This document shows positions 56,202-64,000 of a stretch of DNA of 64,000 nucleotides, piece after piece. This DNA comes from a virus. Taxonomy: Duplodnaviria; Heunggongvirae; Uroviricota; Caudoviricetes. The notes under the pieces were generated by a model that worked only from the letters and a program-made list of their open reading frames with translations, was not told the origin of the DNA and did not search any database. The stretch is from IMG/VR virus record IMGVR_UViG_3300045988_146577; one strand, written 5' to 3'. The position numbers and the translations under genes are program-made. Within the stretch, counting starts at the first letter, position 1. Every line of letters begins with the position of its first letter.

Positions 56202-57274
56202 TCGTCATCCTCATCCGAGTCATCCTCATCACAGGATGAGAGTAGTGGGTTAGTCATTCGCCCTACTTGAGTGGCGTAGCCACGCCGACAGAGATTGCGC
56301 AGCACACTGTATATTTCGAACATCTCGGTTCGTTCATCGCCAACATCAAGCTCAGATGCTATAGCGTGGCATTCAGTCGCGAGAGCCGATATTTTCTGAA
56401 ATAACTCTGCATTATTCACTGTTCGACTCCTGCGGCGTTCTGGTAGTGACATCCAGTGTGTGACATTGCTAATCAGACCATATTCATTAGTTTGAGGATG
56501 GTTGCCGTTAGCGTCTCCGTATTTAAGACTCTCCATAAAGCCATAATGCCTATCACCATTAACGCTCACAAAGCCGTAATAAGCAGGTATAACGCCGATC
56601 TCACACGTAACCAGTAAAGGAAAACTAGTTCTCCAATTTAGCTCGCCAATTACAGGCATTCGCTCACTACAGCTTATCCAGCTATCCTTAATGCCACTAT
56701 CTTGACTCTGAAGCATGGCGGCGCGGCAGGCGTTCCATGCTCTCCAGTTGCGTGACTCAATCCCAGCTGGATAAGGGTCAGAGCTTCCTACGATGCACTT
56801 TTCATCCTCAACCATCCACCGTTCAAAATCCGCTCGGAACTTATCGTTGTCAACCACCGCTGGCTGCGGTAACTTTGGTTCCATCAGTGACTCCAGTTCA
56901 GCAATGCGCTTCTCTGCGGCTTCCAGCTCAACGCGCAGCTTCCCAACCGTTAGCGCAATATCCTCGTTCTCCTGGTCACGGCGTTTGATGTATTGCTGGT
57001 TCCTTTCCCGTTCATCCAGTAATACCAGCACAGTAGCCGGGTTGGCTGCGGCGATGAATTCAGCATTGGCCTGCTGCTCCATTTGGAAATCTTCATCGAA
57101 ACCGCTTTCAGGATGCGCTCCTTCAATTCTGCAAATGGGAATATATCCAGCAGCCTCGCGATGAATTAGTGCATCATCACCATCAAATCTGCCATCTCCA
57201 TATTCTAGCGACCACTCGCCACACGTTGCTTTCTCTGCCTTTTCACGCAGTGCCTGATAGTCAATCTTGCTCAC
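56198..57274 (-). CDS. Ea22-like early prophage protein
   Basis: N-terminus MSKIDYQALREKAEKATCGEWSLEYGDGRFD and DUF551-like C-terminus typical of lambdoid Ead/Ea22-family proteins; acidic tail. Confidence 0.55.
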   Translation of the reverse strand: MSKIDYQALREKAEKATCGEWSLEYGDGRFDGDDALIHREAAGYIPICRIEGAHPESGFDEDFQMEQQANAEFIAAANPATVLVLLDERERNQQYIKRRDQENEDIALTVGKLRVELEAAEKRIAELESLMEPKLPQPAVVDNDKFRADFERWMVEDEKCIVGSSDPYPAGIESRNWRAWNACRAAMLQSQDSGIKDSWISCSERMPVIGELNWRTSFPLLVTCEIGVIPAYYGFVSVNGDRHYGFMESLKYGDANGNHPQTNEYGLISNVTHWMSLPERRRSRTVNNAELFQKISALATECHAIASELDVGDERTEMFEIYSVLRNLCRRGYATQVGRMTNPLLSSCDEDDSDEDDE

Positions 57275-57822
57275 TGGTTGCCTCCTTTGCGAAGCTGTTC
57301 AGCAATACTTACGCATATCTCTGCGCCTCTAATCAGCCCCGGAACGTTCTTGTTTGGCCCAACTTCACCATCAACAAAATCAATCATCGCGTTACGAGCC
57401 ATATCCACGCCCTGCGCACGTACTTCAGCCAGAAAAGCATCGGTGGCTGGAGTTTCTATGCACTGCATTTCATGCAATGTCTGCATGTCCATAAAATCCC
57501 CGTCAGGCTCTGTGATAGTGGCGTTATATGCCGAGTAAATTTTTGACGCTTCATGTGCCAGTTCCGCAGCCTTAGATCGCAATGCCACATTCTCCGCCGC
57601 TAATGCGTCTCTCTGCGCCCGCAACTTCTCAATTTCGGCAGCCATGTAGTAACCAACCATAGCGAAGACGGCAAAAGAGTTGTCTGCCTCATCAGGCGAC
57701 ACTGAGGCCATTAGCAGGCCATCGTAAAAATCGTGACTCCCATTGGTGATCGCCACCGCATAGGAGTCGTGGTTCTCGCGCTTGTGAATGAGAACTACGG
57801 GATTTTCGATTTTGTTACTCAT
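57271..57822 (-). CDS. hypothetical early-region protein
   Basis: 183 aa, coiled-coil middle; translationally coupled to Ea22-like gene. Confidence 0.45.
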   Translation of the reverse strand: MSNKIENPVVLIHKRENHDSYAVAITNGSHDFYDGLLMASVSPDEADNSFAVFAMVGYYMAAEIEKLRAQRDALAAENVALRSKAAELAHEASKIYSAYNATITEPDGDFMDMQTLHEMQCIETPATDAFLAEVRAQGVDMARNAMIDFVDGEVGPNKNVPGLIRGAEICVSIAEQLRKGGNQ

Positions 57823-57893
57823 GTGTTTTTCTCTTCTTTGCTGTTACATAAGCACTACCAAGTGCTGGTTATTTTTCACAAATAAGAAAAGGT

Positions 57894-57909
57894 AGAAAAC
57901 AATTTATTT
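57894..57909 (+). promoter_or_regulatory. degenerate class-1 palindrome fused to hairpin (duplicate of 54756 module)
   Basis: AGAAAACAATTTATTT + AAGGCCACAACTTATGGCCTT. Confidence 0.35.
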
Positions 57910-57960
57910 AAGGCCACAACTTATGGCCTTTATTTATTCATGCCGAAGGATTTGTAGCGT

Positions 57961-58341
57961 CTAATTGCCGGATAAAATGGGGTGAGGTGCTTGCCAGTAG
58001 GCTCCACCGGTCCATGTGAACCCCATGCGAATAAGAGTGTTTATTGCGGCTTTGGTAGACTCCGATTCGACACTGGCTTTTCGAAACTCTTGAACCTCTT
58101 TCGCCAACTTGTATGTAATTGTGCAGGGGACGATTGCAGCCCAGCCTTTCTCATGACTGTTAATGACCATCTGGATGTGACCATCCAGAATAGGTTGATT
58201 AGGCATGTTATTGAAAATGTCTGCCTGTTTTTGAATGTGAAGAAAAAGCCTTGCCAGCTCCATTTGCTCACTACGAGACAAGGGATTATCAAGAGGGCTT
58301 TTTGCAAAAGCGGCTACACGCTGTGCGTCAATGCCAAACAT
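57961..58341 (-). CDS. hypothetical protein (126 aa)
   Basis: ORF coupled to upstream gene (shared boundary 58341). Confidence 0.45.
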   Translation of the reverse strand: MFGIDAQRVAAFAKSPLDNPLSRSEQMELARLFLHIQKQADIFNNMPNQPILDGHIQMVINSHEKGWAAIVPCTITYKLAKEVQEFRKASVESESTKAAINTLIRMGFTWTGGAYWQAPHPILSGN

Positions 58342-59045
58342 CAGCGCACCTCACCATCTTTATGGCTGGAGTTAACTTCCGTCATTAAATGTCTGACGTA
58401 ATCGACAAGAGAGCCGCCTGGTGGAATCTGGCATTCCTCAACTAACTGGAAGTAGATATCCGCTGCATTACGTGTATTGCTACCCGCGCATATTCTTTCT
58501 TCCCGAAGTGCATGAAGCTCGTTGATCAAACGGTCACACTCTCCGTTACGCTGATCCACAACGGCCTCAAGCTCTGCGACGCGTTCACCTGGCGTCTTAC
58601 CTTCTTTGTGTTGGATGGTAACGACGAAATCGCCAATTGCAGGGACGTTGTAATCCAGCTCAAGGTAGTTTTTGGCACCGCTGCGGACGAACTCACCCGC
58701 GAACATGGTGGCGAACATCGCAGAGGCCACTTCGCCGTTGAAAAGTGACTCCAGATCTAACGGAGTCCCGGCATCAAGAGCCTCTTTTGCTGTATCCATT
58801 GCATCCATGAACCGATCAAACTCATTGGCGCGCTTTTCCAGGTTTTTCCATTGCTCGCTCCAACGTTTGGCAACGAAGTCTATGAATGTTTTCGCGGATT
58901 CATCAAAATCCCCCTCAAACTTAACGATGCCTTTATCAATAATGATCTGGCCTACCGCATCCTCTGCATAACCTTTCAATGTAAACTTGAAAGGAAAATC
59001 AGAATGGCCTGTGACGTTAAAATGCTCTAACTGGAGGTTGTTCAT
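58341..59045 (-). CDS. hypothetical protein (234 aa)
   Basis: ORF preceded by class-2 palindrome. Confidence 0.45.
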   Translation of the reverse strand: MNNLQLEHFNVTGHSDFPFKFTLKGYAEDAVGQIIIDKGIVKFEGDFDESAKTFIDFVAKRWSEQWKNLEKRANEFDRFMDAMDTAKEALDAGTPLDLESLFNGEVASAMFATMFAGEFVRSGAKNYLELDYNVPAIGDFVVTIQHKEGKTPGERVAELEAVVDQRNGECDRLINELHALREERICAGSNTRNAADIYFQLVEECQIPPGGSLVDYVRHLMTEVNSSHKDGEVR

Positions 59046-59086
59046 GTGTTTTTCTCTTATCGTTTAGTAACTACATTCTTACACAA

Positions 59087-59109
59087 ATTAGGTAAGTATT
59101 TACCTATCA
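59087..59109 (-). promoter_or_regulatory. class-2 palindrome
   Basis: TTAGGTAAGTATTTACCTATCAT between MTase stop and next gene start. Confidence 0.45.
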
Positions 59110-60792
59110 TTTAACGCGTTTGAAAACGTATACGCTGACTGTGATCCCTGTGTCTTCAAACTCGTTGGTAAACGACTTCCCTCTGGCATAAACGTAATTA
59201 TCCATCGTCATCCAGTCCAGTATTGGCGCAGTGCCCGGCAATACTGCTACAAGACGCCCGCCGACTTTCAGATGCCCCAGCGCAGCCAGCGTGTGCTCTC
59301 TATGACGACCAAGCGAGTACGGCGGGTTCATAACGATTTTGTCGAACTGATAACCTGCGTTGTCCTCAGACCACTTTATGAAGTCGCAGCAAATCGTGTT
59401 CGTATACCCTTTTCCACGCAGGATATCAGCGAAGAGAGGTGCGATTTCTATGCAGGTAACATCTTCCAGATCGGCGTTAATATAGGCCAGAAGATCCCCA
59501 CGTCCGGCTTGAGGCTCCAGCAGCTTCTCACCAGGCTTCAATTCAGTGGCTCTGGCAACGTACTCAGCAATCAAGCGTGGGGTAGGGTAGAACTGGTGTG
59601 ATTTTGTATCCGGTATTAAACCGGTAGCCACAATCGTATTTAGCGTATGGCCGATGTCATACGGGAACTGCCAGTGCTTTTTCTCCTGCACGCCGCCAAT
59701 GAAGCTCAGTGTGCGCTCAAGCTCTTCCACCTGCGACTTCTGGAGAGCTGAATCAGAGAAGTACCATACGCCTTTGTCTTTGCTCAATCGCCCGTCACGA
59801 AGCGCAGTGCGAACCGGCACGGAGATCGTCTTCTGGATTAACCCGAACTGCTTTGGTGCCCGTGTTTTTGGCGCAGTTCGGCATGGCGCGGGAATTGCAG
59901 CAGGCATACTGTAAGCCAGCACCTCATTCAACTTCCAGGCCACGTCAGGATGTATTTCAAAGTGAACGTTGCCGTTCTTGAACATCTTCACGCGCATCAG
60001 ATTTCCATCGACGTTCATCCAGTCACCGGTCTGGCAGTCGTTTGCCCGATACGCAGCTGATAGCACCTCAGCAGTGCGGTTGATGGTAATAAATTCTTTG
60101 TGCGCGAAGAAATGAAGCAAGACACGCAGATCGTCGATGTAGTCCTCTTTGCGATAGTTCACGCTAACGCTGTCCCGCCAGAAATCAGAAATGCAGTCAG
60201 CGATTATCAGACGCTCGCTGAAACCGTTTGTCTTATTTGTCTTGTGCGCAGGACTCAGCGCCTTAAACAAGCCATACACGCGCTCAGAGAGATATTTGTG
60301 CCTGTCATTCAGCAAATTAAGCATCGTGGGTATGACCGTTTCTGCTTTGAACTCCGGTACACCAACGAACTCTTTAACCTTCATCTGGTAGCCGGTTCTG
60401 TCAGTTTTGATGACTTCCTGTTTGCCCTCTATAAACTGCTCGCGCCACTCATCTCGACGGGAAGCTGGCATGATCAGCAAAACGTTAGTCATGTCCGTGA
60501 CCTTCCTCCAGTACTCGGCCCAAATATTCTGTTTCACCCATTCCAGATCGACTTTATCCAACCAACCTCGATTTAAACGCGAGCGATCTTCATCTGGTCG
60601 ATGGTTTAGTCTCAGCAGGCGATTAATCATGTTGTGGCGTTCGTCGCCATAAACGAAGTCGTGAACCTGATACATGAAGGCGATCTCTTTCTCGCACTCG
60701 GCCACAATTTCGTGGATGACGTTCATTTCCTGCCGATAGTCGATAGCAGTGTTTGAGTTGGCATCGTCGATGATGGAAAGGGCTGTATTCAT
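59107..60792 (-). CDS. N6-adenine DNA methyltransferase (C-terminal MTase domain, N-terminal unknown domain)
   Basis: Motif I-like LEPQAGRGDL and motif IV NPPY (IVMNPPYS) in C-terminal third; 561 aa. Confidence 0.75.
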   Translation of the reverse strand: MNTALSIIDDANSNTAIDYRQEMNVIHEIVAECEKEIAFMYQVHDFVYGDERHNMINRLLRLNHRPDEDRSRLNRGWLDKVDLEWVKQNIWAEYWRKVTDMTNVLLIMPASRRDEWREQFIEGKQEVIKTDRTGYQMKVKEFVGVPEFKAETVIPTMLNLLNDRHKYLSERVYGLFKALSPAHKTNKTNGFSERLIIADCISDFWRDSVSVNYRKEDYIDDLRVLLHFFAHKEFITINRTAEVLSAAYRANDCQTGDWMNVDGNLMRVKMFKNGNVHFEIHPDVAWKLNEVLAYSMPAAIPAPCRTAPKTRAPKQFGLIQKTISVPVRTALRDGRLSKDKGVWYFSDSALQKSQVEELERTLSFIGGVQEKKHWQFPYDIGHTLNTIVATGLIPDTKSHQFYPTPRLIAEYVARATELKPGEKLLEPQAGRGDLLAYINADLEDVTCIEIAPLFADILRGKGYTNTICCDFIKWSEDNAGYQFDKIVMNPPYSLGRHREHTLAALGHLKVGGRLVAVLPGTAPILDWMTMDNYVYARGKSFTNEFEDTGITVSVYVFKRVK

Positions 60793-60832
60793 AATTGCAC
60801 CATTAAGAAGTGATTTGTTTAATGGTGCAATT
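60793..60832. promoter_or_regulatory. perfect 13-bp inverted repeat abutting the methyltransferase start codon
   Basis: AATTGCACCATTAA -N12- TTAATGGTGCAATT directly 5-prime of the ATG. Confidence 0.5.
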
Positions 60833-60895
60833 ATTTCAAAAATGAAAAGGTACTAAATAGAAATAAACAGGCAATCCTTCAAATAAAGGCATTGG

Positions 60896-61510
60896 CTAAT
60901 CATACTTGGAGGTATTTATCACCAGAATTTTGTTTGTATAAATCTTCTTAATATCCCATGTGACATTACCGGAATACCATTGACCGTTATATACTTGGTT
61001 TCCAGTTGCACCTGTCATTGTTACATAGACAGGTCTGTCGTAATCGGTTCGTCTATAGTTATATACCCCAACCATAGCAGGCATTACCGCACATGGATAC
61101 CCCATATCTATTGTAAATTGAGGGTCAGAAATAGTGATAAGTTTCGCATCAAGGGGCATCATCTCACCGTGATACACCATTGCGCCTGCGCTGTTATACA
61201 TGGCAATGCCATAGCCAGAATGTGGTAACACCATATCAGAAAAAGCATAAACTGTTATTGTTCCGGGGCTACCATTTACCTGATGCAATCTGAGAGCATT
61301 GTATCCGTTACTATGCTCATGAATAAACATCATGTTCGCCTTATTACTGCTTTTTATGAAAAAAAAACATGATTTGTTTGATGGGATTGATGTTTGAAAA
61401 ACAGAACCTTTAGATGTAGACATTGTCCCTTTATTAATCAGATTTTGCGGAGTAAATTCTGGACTCATCCACAAACTTCCATCTGATTGAGTAATTGACA
61501 TCCCGAACAT
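60896..61510 (-). CDS. hypothetical Asn/Tyr/Gly-rich protein (AT-rich moron)
   Basis: GGGGA RBS; ATG 2 nt after upstream gene stop; track ORF 60896..61567 overlaps upstream gene. Confidence 0.4.
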   Translation of the reverse strand: MFGMSITQSDGSLWMSPEFTPQNLINKGTMSTSKGSVFQTSIPSNKSCFFFIKSSNKANMMFIHEHSNGYNALRLHQVNGSPGTITVYAFSDMVLPHSGYGIAMYNSAGAMVYHGEMMPLDAKLITISDPQFTIDMGYPCAVMPAMVGVYNYRRTDYDRPVYVTMTGATGNQVYNGQWYSGNVTWDIKKIYTNKILVINTSKYD

Positions 61511-61512
61511 AA

Positions 61513-61794
61513 TTATCCCCAGTATGTGTATATGTAAGAACCAAGCCCCGTATATAAATTTGACCAACTAACCGTATTTCCATTAATAGTAACATTTGGA
61601 ACAGGTAAATTGATGTAGTTGTCGTTGTTAAGAGGCATTAATGACCACACGGCATGTAGTGATTTACCCGGTGGCGGATTAGAGTACGTCTTAGAGCCTG
61701 ATGACGCCGTAAATCGATCAAGAAAAAAAATAGGTGTAAGGAAGCCAGTAACGTTAATTCCTTTATTGTTGTAAATCCCTGTACCGTATGCCAT
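61513..61794 (-). CDS. hypothetical Asn/Tyr/Gly-rich protein (AT-rich moron)
   Basis: 93 aa ORF, low GC, terminator hairpin upstream. Confidence 0.4.
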   Translation of the reverse strand: MAYGTGIYNNKGINVTGFLTPIFFLDRFTASSGSKTYSNPPPGKSLHAVWSLMPLNNDNYINLPVPNVTINGNTVSWSNLYTGLGSYIYTYWG

Positions 61795-61848
61795 TTTTCA
61801 CCCTTGTTTTTATCAACACAATATGGCCGATCATGCGGCCATATCAGA

Positions 61849-62418
61849 TCAATTAGAGCTTTGAAAGACTTTGTGTGGTTGTGTTGCGAGGTTATGTCGA
61901 TGGCTTAACTCACGCATCATGTCTTCAAGGCGACTCTTTGTGTCGTCGAGTTGGTCGGCCATTGCTCCCAAAAGCTGACGAACGGCCATCGGATCATCGC
62001 TGTTTAGTGATGGCATTTTATAACCCGCCTGAGAAGACATAAGATTGAACGCAGACATCAACATCGTTAGAGAGGATTTAAGCCCAGCAATTTCACGATC
62101 TTTGCTGGCAATAATCGCCTCACTCTTGTTAGTGTCATCAGTTCGTTGAGTCTCGCTCACCATATCCAAAGTCGCCTGCAACTTATCAGCGCGCTCTTTT
62201 TCAGCAAGATAATGAACACCGAAATGATGTGCTAAAGCTACAACCTGAGTTGGCTCTTCAAAGGTGGACTCAAAATTAAGTGCTGTAACCACTCTCTCAA
62301 ATATGGAAACGTCTTCTATTCCTCGAAGAATGGCTAACATTTTGACCAGCTCATTAGCATCCATTTCTTCGAATAAGGCGTTTTGTTCATCAGCTATCGC
62401 TTTGCATTTCTTGCACAT
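61849..62418 (-). CDS. hypothetical protein (189 aa)
   Basis: AGGAAAAACAC-ATG leader; class-1 palindrome upstream. Confidence 0.45.
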   Translation of the reverse strand: MCKKCKAIADEQNALFEEMDANELVKMLAILRGIEDVSIFERVVTALNFESTFEEPTQVVALAHHFGVHYLAEKERADKLQATLDMVSETQRTDDTNKSEAIIASKDREIAGLKSSLTMLMSAFNLMSSQAGYKMPSLNSDDPMAVRQLLGAMADQLDDTKSRLEDMMRELSHRHNLATQPHKVFQSSN

Positions 62419-62436
62419 GTGTTTTTCCTAATGCTT

Positions 62437-62452
62437 AAACAAGTTGTTTTCT
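62437..62452 (-). promoter_or_regulatory. class-1 palindrome
   Basis: AAACAAGTTGTTTTCT about 18 nt upstream of ATG. Confidence 0.5.
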
Positions 62453-62557
62453 TATTGGCTTTATTGTGATGTGGCATAAAAGGGGAGCAAGCTAAACGTA
62501 AAGGTGCAAACTCTCTATTTCGGTCAACGAAACACAAGGGCCATTTGGCCCTTGTCA

Positions 62558-62714
62558 TTAACACGTTGCTTTACGGACTAGCGGATAAGCGAAGTAGATC
62601 GCCAGGCCAATGAGGACGCCATCAGAAATGACAGACATCATCTTTCCCGTAAAATCCACCAACACCGCCATCACCAGAAGAGCAATGACGGCCACAAGCC
62701 GGAATCTCTCAAGC
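62558..62714 (-). CDS. small hydrophobic peptide (about 52 aa, two predicted TM helices), translationally coupled to TerB-like gene
   Basis: ATG overlaps TerB-like stop (TAATG); below ORF-track size cutoff; followed by terminator hairpin near 62536-62555. Confidence 0.3.
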
Positions 62715-62715
62715 A

Positions 62716-63141
62716 TTAGAGATAAGCATCCAGTGACAACTGAAGCGCCTGGGCGATCTTTTTCAGTGCCTGCTCTTCTTGTTCACCAATGCCATCCTGA
62801 TCGGCAATATCAAGGCACAGACACAGAACATCGACCGCCTCTGGAGTACCCGCAATATCAGACAGCTCACGAATAGCCTGTGCATTAGCAGAACGAGGGG
62901 ACGCTTCGTAACGAGCACGGATATTGGCGCTCATTTGGGCAATTTCACCAGCAAACGGAGAAAACGCAGGCAGAGCTGCAATTGTCTTCTCAAGAATGGC
63001 AATTTCTTTTGCGTCACATGTGCCGTCGGCATAGGAGATCATGTACGCGCCCCACACGGTGGCCTCAACCGCATCACGGTTCTCCATTTTTTTGACTTCA
63101 ATAACAGCTTTACGAGTTTTCTTTTTGAAGAAACCTAACAT
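62716..63141 (-). CDS. TerB-like (tellurite-resistance TerB fold) protein
   Basis: Two ADG....E...L..iA.L repeats (ISYADGTCDAKEIAILEKTIAAL; IADQDGIGEQEEQALKKIAQAL). Confidence 0.6.
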   Translation of the reverse strand: MLGFFKKKTRKAVIEVKKMENRDAVEATVWGAYMISYADGTCDAKEIAILEKTIAALPAFSPFAGEIAQMSANIRARYEASPRSANAQAIRELSDIAGTPEAVDVLCLCLDIADQDGIGEQEEQALKKIAQALQLSLDAYL

Positions 63142-63165
63142 GTGTTTTCCTTTTATTATTTGTCA

Positions 63166-63181
63166 AAACAAGTTGTTTTCT
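63166..63181 (-). promoter_or_regulatory. class-1 palindrome in TerB-like leader
   Basis: AAACAAGTTGTTTTCT about 25 nt upstream of ATG. Confidence 0.5.
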
Positions 63182-63234
63182 AGTTTCATAAATTGCTTGC
63201 GCAAAGATGGTCAATGCATATGCACTAACAACCG

Positions 63235-63423
63235 TCAGAAATAACCAAGTACCGAACCAACTGGAAAAACAAAAATCCCAACTACACGAGCCAAGGTCAT
63301 GCCAGCCTGAAACTGGAGATCACCAGAGCAAACAAGTTTTATAATGTTCGATACCCAACCGGCGGCCATGAGGGCCAGAATTGCCAGCCAAATTTTTCCA
63401 AAGTGATTTGAAAACCAGTTCAT
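63235..63423 (-). CDS. small membrane protein (62 aa)
   Basis: Two hydrophobic helices; ATG start. Confidence 0.3.
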   Translation of the reverse strand: MNWFSNHFGKIWLAILALMAAGWVSNIIKLVCSGDLQFQAGMTLARVVGIFVFPVGSVLGYF

Positions 63424-63638
63424 ACAACCGCCTTAGTCACAACATGATCCTGAGTAACTGGATGAACTTGAGGTATCGCATCCACCGTCATCCCATCCAG
63501 AGTGACAGGACGCTCTACTGGAGTGGTGGTAATTGTCGTCGACGGAGGTGTGGTGATGGATGAATCCGGCATCAAAAGGCTCTGGCCGGCTGGAACAGCT
63601 ACCGTCGCCAGTGAAACTATAATGAGAACGTAGGCCAT
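63420..63638 (-). CDS. small secreted Thr/Pro-rich protein
   Basis: Signal-peptide-like MAYVLIIVSLATVAVPAG; overlaps alternative 164-aa frame. Confidence 0.3.
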   Translation of the reverse strand: MAYVLIIVSLATVAVPAGQSLLMPDSSITTPPSTTITTTPVERPVTLDGMTVDAIPQVHPVTQDHVVTKAVV

Positions 63639-64000
63639 TGGTTTCAGCCTCTTTCTTTGAAAATTTTCCATTCGAACTGTCCTTGTTGTTTTTCTCCTTC
63701 ACTAAAGGCCGTGCATTTTTCGCTTGGTGTGAAGAACCAGAGGTAACAATCGCCCCCACGTTCGCAACAACTGACGCTTGCTTATCTAAACGTTCATTCA
63801 GCAACCGAACGGTAGTCTCCAGTTCATCAAGACGTGACAGAACACGACCGCTAAATAATTCGGCCAAAATTTGACGTAGTGAACGAGGACGTTTAGTTGC
63901 AGAAGTGAAATAGGTTTGACGTGCCATGTGGACTCCATCCAGTGTCAGAAAGAGTTGCGGCTGGCGATTGCCAGGCCCCCCTTTTCGTTCTGAGGCCGCA

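Noticed and set aside
60896-61794. Possible frameshifted pseudogene (overlapping ORFs 60896..61567 and 61513..61794)
   Set aside because: The downstream ORF has an in-frame ATG at 61510 with a GGGGA RBS 2 nt after the upstream stop; two close-coupled genes is the simpler reading.
63433-63927. 164-aa minus-strand ORF overlapping the 83-aa signal-peptide ORF
   Set aside because: Its C-terminal two-thirds is Ser/His/Cys-rich low-complexity sequence overlapping a better-supported ORF in another frame; only the first ~60 codons may be real, so it is not called as a feature.
1-64000. Integrase, excisionase, tRNA, rRNA or IS/transposase genes
   Set aside because: No ORF shows tyrosine- or serine-recombinase or DDE motifs and no tRNA-like sequence was recognised by eye; a dedicated tRNA or att search was not possible without tools.

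Overview
The window is dominated by temperate-phage DNA with a chromosomal-type housekeeping pair in the middle. All calls rest on reading the ORF translations and sequence by eye; no database search was run, and hand-indexed motif coordinates are approximate (+/-2 bp). (1) 1-44,400: a siphovirus-type segment, almost all on the minus strand: small and large terminase, portal, scaffold, capsid, Ig-like decoration protein, a lambda-like tail module (V, G/GT, H, M, L, K, I, J), a 1341-aa tail fibre and a lysis cassette. It is flanked by plasmid-style maintenance genes (ParA plus a small partner, a DUF1778/GNAT toxin-antitoxin pair, DnaB-like helicase, DnaG-like primase), which suggests a phage-plasmid-like element. 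(2) 44,400-50,800: an accessory island of small, mostly acidic proteins, three stacked terminators, iteron-like repeats and a ~950-bp ORF-free, G+T-skewed region. (3) 50,918-54,209: metG and apbC(mrp), divergent. (4) 54,200-64,000: lambdoid-type early/accessory genes (HumD-like UmuD' homolog behind a LexA box, Ea22-like protein, N6-adenine methyltransferase, TerB-like protein). Two families of palindromic intergenic motifs recur in every phage-like block on both sides of metG; these, the accessory island and an ATPase/ParB-like cluster upstream of the terminase are the main candidates for something undescribed. No integrase, tRNA, rRNA, CRISPR array or IS element was recognised.
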